Assembly: GCA_001791305.1 (NCBI GenBank) | Contig: MGEI01000005.1 | Coordinates: 146,698-210,697, forward strand | Direction of reading: 5' to 3' | DNA from: Candidatus Uhrbacteria bacterium RIFCSPLOWO2_01_FULL_47_17 | GTDB lineage: Bacteria; Patescibacteriota; Patescibacteriia; UBA9934; GWF2-40-263 | Length of the DNA: 64,000 bases | Shown: in pieces, positions 18,331 to 27,718 of the stretch | How the letters are laid out: every line of letters begins with the position of its first letter | How positions within the stretch are numbered: the first letter of the stretch is position 1 | The notes under the pieces: model-generated | Seen by the model: the letters and a program-made list of their open reading frames with translations, nothing else | What the model was told of the DNA's origin: nothing | Database searches by the model: none | Made by a program: the position numbers and the translations under genes

Positions 18331-19182
18331 ACCTTAGGACGATTATAGTTATCGCCGGCGTTCATCCGCGCTTCAGTCGAAAGCTTTGACCCCGAAGGAT
18401 CTAACCCCCTTCCTTAACGTTCGGACACTGGCCAGGCATCAGCCCCTATACTTCACTTTGCAGTTTTGCAGGGACCTGTGTTTTTGGTAAACAGTCGCTT
18501 GGAGTCTTTCGCTGCGGGTCGCCCCCTCACAGGGGCAACCAGGCCTTATCCCGAAGTTACGGCCGTTGTTTTGCCGAGTTCCTAAACAATGTTTCTCTCG
18601 TACGCCTTAGTGCATTACGCACCCACTCACCTGTGTCGGTTTACGGTACGGGTCTCTATCACATTAGCCTTAGCGGCTTTTCTTGGCTCCGTGTTCTTTC
18701 CCCTTGTTTCCTGTTGCCAGAAAACTTGCGATCATATTCGTGCTCTGGATTAAACCAAGCGTGGTGGATTTGCCTGCCACGCGCCTAAATACGCCCAACG
18801 TCATAGCCATAGGACGCGGGAAATTTCACGAAGCGTCCCCGCTTCAGTGTGATAAAAAGTGCAGGAATATTAACCTGCTATGCATCGACTACGCCTTTCA
18901 GCCTCGCCTTAGCACCCGACTAACCCTGGGACGATTTGCGTTGCCCAGGAACCCTTAAGTTTACGGCGGACGGGGTTCTCACCCGTCTTTTTGCTACTCA
19001 TGCCAACATTCTCCCTTCGCATCGCTCCACCATGGGTCACCCCTTTGGCTTCAGCGCAATACGAATGCTCTCCTACCGCTTAACATTTAAAAATGTTAAA
19101 CCCTCAGCTTCGGCACATCATTTAGCCCCGGTACATTTTCGGCGCAGAAAAACTTGACCAGTGAGCTATTACGCTATCTTTA

Positions 19183-19213
<31 letters not shown>

Positions 19214-19792
19214 TTGTTTAAGTCTTTCCACCACCTTTTACACTTAATGATGATTTTGGGGCCTTAGCTTGAGATCTGGGCTGTTTCCCTTTCGACGTAT
19301 GGAGCTTAGCCCCCATCGTCTGACTGCCGGGAACACATGTTGGTATTCGGAGTTTGATTAGAGTCGCTACCCGAAGGCGCAAACTCGATTCAGTGCTCTA
19401 CCCCCAACACATTATTTACCGACGCTAGCCCAAAAGCTATCTCGGAGAGAACCAGCTATTACCGAGTTCGATTGGAATTTCTCCGCTATCCACAACTCAT
19501 CCCCGTGTTTTGCACGGCACGTGGGTTCGGCCCTCCACGAACTGTTACATTCGCTTCAGCCTGGTCATGGATAGGTCACCCGGTTTCGGGTTATGTGCGC
19601 GCCACCAATATTTCGCGGATTAACGCTCGCTTTCACTATGGCTTCGTCCCGGAGGACTTAACCAAGCGACGCACAACACACTCGTTGGCTCATTCTTCAA
19701 TAGGAACGCCATGACCCACTCTCCGCCTTGCGGCTTCGAGGGGCGCTGACTCCTTGTAAGTATACGATTTCAGATACTATTTCATTCCCCTT

Positions 19793-19826
<34 letters not shown>

Positions 19827-20952
19827 GTACACTATCGATCAGAACATGTATTTAGCTTTGCCAGATAGTCCCGGCAGATTCCTACAGGATTTCACGAGTC
19901 CCGTAGTACTCAAGAACAGTAATCATAATGACGTAATATATTTCGCGTACAGGACTTTCACCTTCTATGGTGTGACGTTCCAGTCACTTCCCCTATATAT
20001 TACATGGATTTCATTATCCGTTTTTTGAAGAAAACGACACTACCGTCTTACAACACCTATCTCTCGCAACGACTTCAATCTTTCGCATCCATTCACACAC
20101 AGTCTTGCGACTCCATGCTTACAAACACTTCACGAGAGAGGTTTGAGCTGTTCCCTTTTCGCTCGCCACTACTAAGGGAATCTATTCGTTTCGCGTTTCC
20201 ATACGACGTGCTGTCGGGTAAACCCGACTGGCCGCATGAAAACGTTAAACGAAATTGTTTTTTCTTTTCCTCTGGCTACTGAGATGTTTCACTTCACCAG
20301 GTGCCCTCCTTGCAACTATGTATTGATTGCAAAGTAATGCGGTATGAACCGCATTGGGTTGCCCCATTCGGATATCTTCGGATCAAAGGTTGTTTGCCAC
20401 CTCCCCGAAGCTTTTCGCAGGCTACTACGTCCTTCGTCGGCATGTTCTGTCAAGCCATCCTTCGTATACTCTTATTAATATGCTCTACAACCACTCTTAT
20501 TTAAGAGTGGTTCACTTCTTTGTGGTTTCTCTAATTCTGTTGATCTTCAATTGTAATGTTCGTGCGACCCTTGAAGGGTTTACCGAAATCTGTTTGATTC
20601 AAGGATCTGTTCTGGCCTTGAGGCCAGAGCTGAGCTACGACGCGAGAGTCGGAACTCAGCTCTAGGCACAAGAGACAAAGTGATGGAGTGGTTGAGTGGT
20701 GGAGTGAAGGTACTTGGCTTTTTGTTGAGAAGACACTATAAAACCGCCTTGTGGGCGGTCTTCAAGCAACAAAATTGTTACGATGAAGATCGTCCCTTAT
20801 ATTTGGTTTGCGTTACATGTGAACATATCCCCTTGTTCTCCGTAAGCTCCTTCTCCTCTCCATCCCATCAGCGGACCCATCTTCATGTGGGTCGATCAGC
20901 CAGATTATTCTTGGGACAAAGAAGAAGAAACGTATTCGATTTAAGTGGTGGA

Positions 20953-20981
20953 AGTTTAACGGAAGCCGAAAAGACTGTCAA
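20953..20981 (-). promoter_or_regulatory. Promoter of the 23S-5S transcript
   Basis: TTGACA-17-TAAACT on minus strand, about 450 nt upstream of 23S. Confidence 0.65.
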
Positions 20982-21028
20982 GGGAATTTGTCCCAATTGT
21001 TTCCACAGGCATGTTTAACGATTTTATC

Positions 21029-21057
21029 TTGACAAAACCCCCATTTTCCGCTATGAT
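21029..21057 (+). promoter_or_regulatory. Sigma70 promoter of the collagen-like gene
   Basis: TTGACA-17-TATGAT, followed by AAGGAGG. Confidence 0.75.
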
Positions 21058-21094
21058 TGTCTGATCCAAACGTTGGATCAACCAAGGAGGAGAG

Positions 21095-22501
21095 ATGCGT
21101 TCTTTCATCATAATCGCGATCGTTTTCATGTCCGCCTGTGAAAACAAGGTCGAAGGCCCAAAAGGCGATCAAGGAATCCAAGGTGTCGCTGGAGAGAAGG
21201 GCGACAAGGGTGAGCCTGGAGAAAAAGGCGAGGAAGGATCGAAGGGCGATCAGGGTGCAACCGGTTTGCAAGGCGAAAAAGGTTTGCAAGGCATCGCCGG
21301 TGAAAAAGGCGAAACCGGTTCGATCGGTTTGGCCGGAGTTCAAGGCGCGAAGGGAGATCCAGGATCGATCGGTCTTCCAGGTTCAGACGGAACATCTTGC
21401 GTCGGTCAGTCTGTAACCGAGGGCGTGCTCGTCACATGTGGCAAGGAAACATTCCTCGTGAAGCACGGCGATGTTGGACCGGCGGGAGCGAAGGGTGACA
21501 AAGGTGATGCTGGTTCGCAAGGCTTGAAAGGCGACCAAGGATTGCAAGGGATCCAAGGTGTCGCTGGAAAAGATGGCGTGCCTGGTCTCGATGGATTGCC
21601 TGGAGCAAAGGGCGATGTTGGACCGGCGGGAGCGAAGGGTGACAAAGGTGATGCTGGTTCGCAAGGCTTGAAAGGCGACCAAGGATTGCAAGGGATTCAA
21701 GGTGTCACCGGAAAAAATGGCACACCCGGTCTTGATGGATTGCCTGGAGCAAAGGGCGATGTTGGTTCTCAAGGGCTACAAGGAATTCAGGGAGACAAAG
21801 GAGATGCAGGATCCAAAGGTTCACCCGGATGGGATGGGATACCAGGATTAAAAGGAGACAAAGGGAATCAGGGTGAACAGGGTTTACAAGGAATCCAAGG
21901 ACCACAAGGTGTTCAAGGAAAACCAGGAGAACTTGGAAAAAACCTTGTGGCACAGTGCCCTGAAGGATCTAAAGCAATGGTGTTTAAAGGACACCTTAAG
22001 TACTGTGCTCATAAGTTTGTCTTTGAAAAAGGACTGACTTGGGAACAATGTCTGAACACGTGTCTGACGAACGGCTTATTGATTCCCCCACTTCACGAAT
22101 TTGCAATTATTTGCCTTGGAGATCCGACATTCTTCGATCAGGAAAAAGTTAATGGATGCCCGGACTTCCCCAACTGCTCAACCATTACTGGATGCCCGTC
22201 AGACTACAGTTGCTCAGACAAGCTCTGGTTCCACGTTGCCGAAAATCAGGCTGGTGGAGATACGACTCTTCGTCCAACACTAGCCTTCGAGCCATACTCC
22301 CCAGAAATGGGTAAGTATTTTTGCGAGGCCGTTCTGGAACAGAGTAAGGGAGTTGTGTATGCACAACCTAAATCTGGTCAAAAACGCATCTTCCTTAATT
22401 GGTACAGCTACCTTCGAACAGTGACGGTGCAAGACGACTTTGTTCCCACCGTGGACGCAACATTGCTTCCACGCGGCTGTCTTTGTGGAAAACAAATATG
22501 A
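21095..22501 (+). CDS. Collagen-like (Gly-X-Y) putative lipoprotein with Cys-rich C-terminal domain
   Basis: Short signal with lipobox-like MSAC; two long GXY tracts; Cys-rich globular tail. Confidence 0.88.
   Translation: MRSFIIIAIVFMSACENKVEGPKGDQGIQGVAGEKGDKGEPGEKGEEGSKGDQGATGLQGEKGLQGIAGEKGETGSIGLAGVQGAKGDPGSIGLPGSDGTSCVGQSVTEGVLVTCGKETFLVKHGDVGPAGAKGDKGDAGSQGLKGDQGLQGIQGVAGKDGVPGLDGLPGAKGDVGPAGAKGDKGDAGSQGLKGDQGLQGIQGVTGKNGTPGLDGLPGAKGDVGSQGLQGIQGDKGDAGSKGSPGWDGIPGLKGDKGNQGEQGLQGIQGPQGVQGKPGELGKNLVAQCPEGSKAMVFKGHLKYCAHKFVFEKGLTWEQCLNTCLTNGLLIPPLHEFAIICLGDPTFFDQEKVNGCPDFPNCSTITGCPSDYSCSDKLWFHVAENQAGGDTTLRPTLAFEPYSPEMGKYFCEAVLEQSKGVVYAQPKSGQKRIFLNWYSYLRTVTVQDDFVPTVDATLLPRGCLCGKQI
21467..21766 (+). 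repeat. 144-bp tandem duplication within the collagen tract
   Basis: ggcgatgttggaccggcgggagcgaagggtgac... recurs at 21467 and 21611; third partial start at 21755. Confidence 0.85.
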
Positions 22502-22533
22502 AATTCTCTAACGATCCTAATTTGGATCGTTTT

Positions 22534-23025
22534 TTATTTTGTAACATTGAAAAATTCAATGTCCTCTTCTGTTAACTCTTGGCACGTAAATCCACCACAC
22601 CACCAAGAAAATCCTTGTAAATCGTGTCGCATTGCAATTAACAATTCTCGCGCCGACTTGGCATTAAAATCTGGAGATTGAGCTGTGGTCAGGGAAACAA
22701 TAAGTTTTCTAAATTTTCTAACAACTTTTGGAGAGCTATAAAGCCATGACTCAGAATATTTTCTGATCACTTCTTTTGCTTTTGCCAACTTAAGATTTAA
22801 ATCAACATCAATACCAGAAAAAAAATATGAGAGATCTTCTCTTACAAAGTTAATATATGTTTTTTGAAGCCAGACTAACTGTTTTTCTTTCATGGAAGAT
22901 CTTATTTGTAACTTATGAGCTTGCCAGCCTACAACTAGCAAAAAGAAACCGCCAATTAATGCCACGACAATTCCATTTGAAGAAAAATTCAACATATTAT
23001 ATAAAACAACTTTTGTTAAAATCAC
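22534..23025 (-). CDS. Hypothetical membrane-anchored protein, AT-rich
   Basis: ORF with N-terminal TM helix; start uncertain. Confidence 0.6.
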   Translation of the reverse strand: MILTKVVLYNMLNFSSNGIVVALIGGFFLLVVGWQAHKLQIRSSMKEKQLVWLQKTYINFVREDLSYFFSGIDVDLNLKLAKAKEVIRKYSESWLYSSPKVVRKFRKLIVSLTTAQSPDFNAKSARELLIAMRHDLQGFSWWCGGFTCQELTEEDIEFFNVTK

Positions 23026-23058
23026 AAAAAGCTATCAGCGCGCTGATAGCTTTTACTT

Positions 23059-23226
23059 TTATTCAACAGTATCTTCGAGATGATCCGTCGGATCAATCCC
23101 TGAAATCTTGATGCCTTTTCTAATTACTATTCCTGCATTCATCGTTACAGAGCCCAATTTAAAAGCTTGTACGACTTTATATTGTCCATTACCGATGTAT
23201 TCGAGACAATTTTTTAATTTCTGCAT
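23059..23226 (-). CDS. Hypothetical small protein (55 aa; not in ORF track)
   Basis: MQKLKNCLEYIGNGQYKVVQAFKLGSVTMNAGIVIRKGIKISGIDPTDHLEDTVE; followed by terminator 23026..23054. Confidence 0.5.
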   Translation of the reverse strand: MQKLKNCLEYIGNGQYKVVQAFKLGSVTMNAGIVIRKGIKISGIDPTDHLEDTVE

Positions 23227-23382
23227 ATTTTTATTATTTTATTGTTTGAACAAATATCCTGAAGTCGACCATGATGCAGAAAATGAGTTGCTAAGACTTA
23301 TTTCTATATCATCTTTCATGATTAGCACTCTGCATCATAGAGTGCTATCAACTGCGTGTCAAATAAAAAACGCTGGTTTTAT

Positions 23383-23490
23383 TTATTCAAATTCAATCTC
23401 ATCAATCGACCCAATCCGCGTCCACGCCACATGATCTCGCTCATGCATATAATCATGCTTCGCACCCGGGCGGACGATGATGTATATTTT
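23383..23490 (-). pseudogene. Diverged duplicate of the last ~35 codons of the HAD gene at 26191
   Basis: Encodes KIYIIVRPGAKHDYMHERDHVAWTRIGSIDEIEFE* versus QLYRIVRPGAKHDYAHERDDVAWKRIGSIGEIEIE*. Confidence 0.85.
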
Positions 23491-23780
23491 TACATCCTTT
23501 TAAATTTCGCTTGATTGATCTTTTCAAGCGTTGACAATGTCAAAATCACAGACGGATTCTGACTCACTTTCAAAAACAATCTGTCTCCAAACTTTTGTTG
23601 GAGGGGTGTTAAGAATTCATCGCCCCATGAGGGTGAGAAAACGCTCACACCTTCAAAATCAACAATAACTTCTTCATCAACCCCAACAGAATTCAGTGTC
23701 GGAAGAAACGCAGCGTATGATTCTTTGCCATTTTGACGCGAAGTGAAAACGGAACCGAATTTATTTAGATGTATAATCAT
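23490..23780 (-). CDS. STAS-like (DUF4325-type) protein
   Basis: TSRQNG, VIVDFEGVSVFSPSWGDEF; directly downstream of a HATPase gene. Confidence 0.75.
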   Translation of the reverse strand: MIIHLNKFGSVFTSRQNGKESYAAFLPTLNSVGVDEEVIVDFEGVSVFSPSWGDEFLTPLQQKFGDRLFLKVSQNPSVILTLSTLEKINQAKFKRM

Positions 23781-23789
23781 ATATTTTGT

Positions 23790-24524
23790 TTAAAACTCGA
23801 TCACAGACAAACATCCGTGTATGGGATCGGGGGTTTTTTCTGTTTTAAATTTCAGAATGCCTTTTTGAATCCTGAGCGTGGCCGTGCCTGATTGAAAATT
23901 GAGCGTTGCATCGGCGAGGTTTAATGCGTCTTTTGTATATTTTAATCCGTTGCCGCGATGTTCATTTTCTCTGCTTGTGAGAATTTCCGTGAAAGCGACG
24001 TGCAACGCTTCTTGATCGGACACCAAATTCGGTCGAACGCGCTGAAGCGTTTTTAATACGCCTTGCCCTCGATCTGCGAGGATGATGATGCGTTTACCCA
24101 AATCATAAGCAAAAAATATTCCCGGAACATCCGGCCAGTTTCCGATGTTGTGATCATAGGAGTTGCTTCCGATTTCTCCTGCGGCCGAAGAAATAAGAGA
24201 CGCTGTTTTTATAAACAATGGATTTGCATCCATTTCATGAACCATACGTTCAAAACGCGTCTTAAAGACGTCGCTAGTTTGACAATAAAAATCAGATTCC
24301 GGAACAAACGGCGTTTCTGCATGAACCCATTCTTGAGCCAGTCGTAAAATTCCTTTTGTTTTTTTGTTGAGATCCGCCAATGAATAATAACGATGCCCTC
24401 CCGGCGTCACATAGGAAGCTGAAAATGTGCCATCATTATGCCAACGACGCAAAGTCATCTGTGAAACACCCAAATATCTGGCGGCTTCACTGATTGTGAG
24501 ATAGTTTTTTGAAAAGCTAATCAT
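23790..24524 (-). CDS. MerR/excisionase-type HTH fused to GHKL (HATPase) domain
   Basis: LTISEAARYLGVSQMTLRRW..TPGGHRYY; N-box EIGSNSYDH, DRGQG, RGNGL. Confidence 0.8.
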   Translation of the reverse strand: MISFSKNYLTISEAARYLGVSQMTLRRWHNDGTFSASYVTPGGHRYYSLADLNKKTKGILRLAQEWVHAETPFVPESDFYCQTSDVFKTRFERMVHEMDANPLFIKTASLISSAAGEIGSNSYDHNIGNWPDVPGIFFAYDLGKRIIILADRGQGVLKTLQRVRPNLVSDQEALHVAFTEILTSRENEHRGNGLKYTKDALNLADATLNFQSGTATLRIQKGILKFKTEKTPDPIHGCLSVIEF

Positions 24525-24534
24525 ATTGACATAA

Positions 24535-24571
24535 ATTATACAAAACTATACAAATTTGTCAAATCTATACA
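24535..24571 (-). promoter_or_regulatory. Near-leaderless promoter overlapped by TATACA direct repeats
   Basis: TTGACA-16-TATAAT ending 10 nt before ATG; tataca at 24537, 24547, 24566. Confidence 0.65.
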
Positions 24572-24647
24572 TTTCAAGTCATTACGCTATGCGCCTTATT
24601 TTTCCCATGCTAAGATTATTTTACGCTCCTTACAATTGAGGTGATTC

Positions 24648-25310
24648 ATGTCAAAACATTCAACCCTTCTCACACGTCGAGATGTTCTTCGAATCGTTCC
24701 ACTCGGAATCGCGGGAACTGTCATGTTGAGTCCAACACCTGCAGAAGCCCGTATTCTCGGAATCATCATCCGAATCGGAGCCTACGGAGTTGGATCAATC
24801 ATGGGTCCATTTCTCGCAGCAGGAATGCTTGCAGTTGGAGCTGTGGCAGCCGTAAATCACGGCCTGCACACAATGTTTCGTAGGGATTCTAGATCCTCAA
24901 ACAATGATAGTTACTCCTCGTATGCAACCTACTCACCAAGCGGATGGAAGGAATACGTGCCGCCCAAGCCAATCATCATCAGTGTCTCTTTCAATCCAAC
25001 TGAACGCATTGCAGGCGACGTCCTGCGCATACGTGCGATCGAACACGACATCCTCAAAAACGACGGTGTCGAGCTTCCTCGTGGCGGCAGACTGATCATC
25101 GAAGAGGATGGAACCTTGCGTTTCGCGGACACCAAGTTCCGCGGATATGCACACATCCAAAACAATGGCGATCTCTCTGTCTGGACGCCTGATCATCAAC
25201 ACGTTCTCACACGCACACCGCGCGAAAACAGGTTCCACAACATCCACCACAATTCGGACGATGGACGTTCGGCATTGGTGTCATTGCTTGGAGAGATTAA
25301 ACATGTGTAA
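24648..25310 (+). CDS. Hypothetical protein with twin-arginine-like signal
   Basis: TRRDVLR + hydrophobic stretch + AEA; GAGGTGA SD. Confidence 0.7.
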   Translation: MSKHSTLLTRRDVLRIVPLGIAGTVMLSPTPAEARILGIIIRIGAYGVGSIMGPFLAAGMLAVGAVAAVNHGLHTMFRRDSRSSNNDSYSSYATYSPSGWKEYVPPKPIIISVSFNPTERIAGDVLRIRAIEHDILKNDGVELPRGGRLIIEEDGTLRFADTKFRGYAHIQNNGDLSVWTPDHQHVLTRTPRENRFHNIHHNSDDGRSALVSLLGEIKHV

Positions 25311-26109
25311 GAACATACGTTGGATATCTCTTGCGATTGTCGCATGCATCTTCGTTCCCAGCACACATATGGCAGAAGAACCGTCTCCGGTTGATAAACT
25401 TCAAGGTGAAACTCGAACGGAAACAGTTAGATCTATGAATGAATTCATGATCTCAATTTCTGACCTAGAACCACACGTACAGGCAAGACTCTTGAAAGCA
25501 CGGCTTATAAATACTAGAATGATTTTTAAAAATGATAGGCCATGGATTGGTCAGTCTGAAGAGTACTATAGAAAATGTCAATGTAGTGAAGAAACTGACT
25601 ATCCAAGACATCCTTACTATATTTCTTCCCTTGCTACAGGGAAAAATATTTGGTCACTATCATATGTCATATATTACGGGAGGAATTATGGTGATAGACT
25701 GTTTCGTCTTGAAACTGTCGTAAACATTGAACCGAATTCCTTAATGTTAGAATGGATGCGTGCTCGGGACGAATATGCAGAATACTCAAAAGAAAAAATT
25801 AGTGGCATAGACGCTACGGTTAACATCTCTGGAAAAATCGATTCGTTTACCTGGGAACAAAACACGGGAGGTAACTTCTTTGTAACATCTGTACTCAAAA
25901 AACAAAAAGTGTCATGGTACAAGCAAGACATGATCAGCTGTAAACTTACAATGACATTGAATCCATTCTCCCCGGATGCGATCGCCTCATGGAAACTTCT
26001 CTATTCGTTGCCAGAACACACAAACATTTTGAATGAAAAAATAGCCGAATGGGTAAAGTACTACATGGGAAAAGGTGAAAAACCTAAACCTATTCTCGAC
26101 AAAAATTAA
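25303..26109 (+). CDS. Hypothetical secreted protein
   Basis: Start MCKNIRW overlaps previous stop; signal-like N-terminus. Confidence 0.65.
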   Translation: MCKNIRWISLAIVACIFVPSTHMAEEPSPVDKLQGETRTETVRSMNEFMISISDLEPHVQARLLKARLINTRMIFKNDRPWIGQSEEYYRKCQCSEETDYPRHPYYISSLATGKNIWSLSYVIYYGRNYGDRLFRLETVVNIEPNSLMLEWMRARDEYAEYSKEKISGIDATVNISGKIDSFTWEQNTGGNFFVTSVLKKQKVSWYKQDMISCKLTMTLNPFSPDAIASWKLLYSLPEHTNILNEKIAEWVKYYMGKGEKPKPILDKN

Positions 26110-26190
26110 CAAACCAAACGCACGCATAGTCCCGGTCAAAAAAACCTTGAGCTCACGCTCGGTTGCCTTATTTGATCGGGCTTTTTTATT

Positions 26191-26862
26191 TCACTCAATT
26201 TCAATCTCCCCAATCGACCCAATCCGTTTCCACGCCACATCGTCTCTCTCATGCGCATAATCATGCTTCGCTCCTGGTCTTACGATGCGGTAGAGCTGGA
26301 TCGGTAATCCGGCGTCCACTATTGGGTTCAGTTCATTCGGGCTGTCGTCGACGAATGCGATCGGACAGACCTCCCCCTGCCCCATTACCTGACCACCCCC
26401 TAGCCCCCTCCTTATAAAGGAGGGGGTTTCCGAGAGCATTTCTCGCAACACCGTCACTTTCAAATTGTTCGGCCCCGCGATTCGGATCGTGTCGAAGTAA
26501 TCATTCAAACCTGTCGAGGCGATCTTTGATCGTTGATACTCCGCGTTTCCGTAGGTCAGAATCGAAAACGTATGCGGCGGTCTGTGTTTCTCAAAAAACG
26601 GCACGACGTCATCATAAACGAGACTCGAGCCGATACTTTGCGCGTGAACGAGAAAATTTTGGACAAGCGTATCAACTTCCGACTCGGAAATTCCACACAT
26701 GAGTGCGTGCGCGCGATGTGTCCAACCGATTGCGTTTAAAATTCCCATTTGCTTGATGGCGACTTCACGATCAACTCCAAGACCCACAAGAATTTCCAGC
26801 CATTCAGACCAAATTTTTTCTGTGTTGAAAAGCGTGGAGTCGAAGTCACAGACGAGGTGCAT
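26191..26862 (-). CDS. HAD-superfamily hydrolase
   Basis: CDFDSTLF, ILTYG, K, FVDDS motifs. Confidence 0.85.
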   Translation of the reverse strand: MHLVCDFDSTLFNTEKIWSEWLEILVGLGVDREVAIKQMGILNAIGWTHRAHALMCGISESEVDTLVQNFLVHAQSIGSSLVYDDVVPFFEKHRPPHTFSILTYGNAEYQRSKIASTGLNDYFDTIRIAGPNNLKVTVLREMLSETPSFIRRGLGGGQVMGQGEVCPIAFVDDSPNELNPIVDAGLPIQLYRIVRPGAKHDYAHERDDVAWKRIGSIGEIEIE

Positions 26863-26865
26863 AGG

Positions 26866-26960
26866 GAAAGGTTGGCAAGGTTTGCGGGGTTGGCGATGTT
26901 GGCAAAAATTATGAATCGGCACAATGCAAACCTTGCAAACTTTGCCAACCTTGCAAACCC
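26866..26960. repeat. Inverted pair of 9-nt tandem repeat tracts
   Basis: ggttggcaa-ggtttgcgg-ggttggcga-tgttggcaa facing tgcaaacct-tgcaaactt-tgccaacct-tgcaaaccc. Confidence 0.75.
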
Positions 26961-26963
26961 TGT

Positions 26964-27593
26964 TTATTTATAAACATCCTCCAGGCTCTGTCCCGGGGCG
27001 TAATCAAACGGGGTCTTTGCTATTTCCAAAATTGTTTCTTTGAGAACGGGATATTGTGCTCCCATATAGTGATCATCTGTCGCGGTCTCCATAAATCGGG
27101 CGCGCAATTGATCGGCTAATTTTCGTCCATGCTCGATCGGAACCAACTTATCGTCCGCTGAGTGAATCACAACAAACTCTCTGGCTTTCCACATAAGAAC
27201 GTCTGCGTCGAGGTCATCGACGAATAAGCGACGGAGTTCTGGGCGAGAAACTTTCCATGGTGCGGCGACAAGGATGACGGCGCGTGGAGTCTCGGTCATT
27301 TCAACTGCCTCAAGATACTGTAAAATAGCAAGGGCACCCAAAGAATGCCCAAGCAAAATATCCTCGTTCTTTAAATACCCAATTTCTTTTTTCATGACCT
27401 CCATGAGCTTTGGCATATCGATGCCTTCTCGAATTTCAGGATCGATTGGGACGCTTGGATCCAAAACAGGAGCCTTCAAAGGAAGTTCTGGGGCAATCAC
27501 CTCAAAGCCAGCTGCGTGAAGTTCATCACGAAGCCATGGGTGAAAGTTCATGGATGGACTTGCATTAAAGCCGTGAACAAGGATGATGCGCAT
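26964..27593 (-). CDS. Alpha/beta hydrolase, RBBP9/YdeN family
   Basis: ILVHG, GHSLG, HSADDKLVP, DH. Confidence 0.85.
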   Translation of the reverse strand: MRIILVHGFNASPSMNFHPWLRDELHAAGFEVIAPELPLKAPVLDPSVPIDPEIREGIDMPKLMEVMKKEIGYLKNEDILLGHSLGALAILQYLEAVEMTETPRAVILVAAPWKVSRPELRRLFVDDLDADVLMWKAREFVVIHSADDKLVPIEHGRKLADQLRARFMETATDDHYMGAQYPVLKETILEIAKTPFDYAPGQSLEDVYK

Positions 27594-27718
27594 ACTTTTC
27601 GAGGTGGAGCATACCAATTAAGAGGGTCCATGTCGAGGCATTGACATTTTGCACTTTTTTCCGTACAGTCCTTGGTCTTTGTAATCAAACAAAGGCAAAC
27701 CACCGGCGTGAGGCAACC

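Noticed and set aside
20493-20950. tRNA or 16S remnant in the 23S leader
   Set aside because: No cloverleaf or T-loop motif and no recognisable 16S sequence.
23383-26298. DGR template/variable repeat pair
   Set aside because: Differences between the copies are not adenine-specific and are largely synonymous; no reverse transcriptase in the window.
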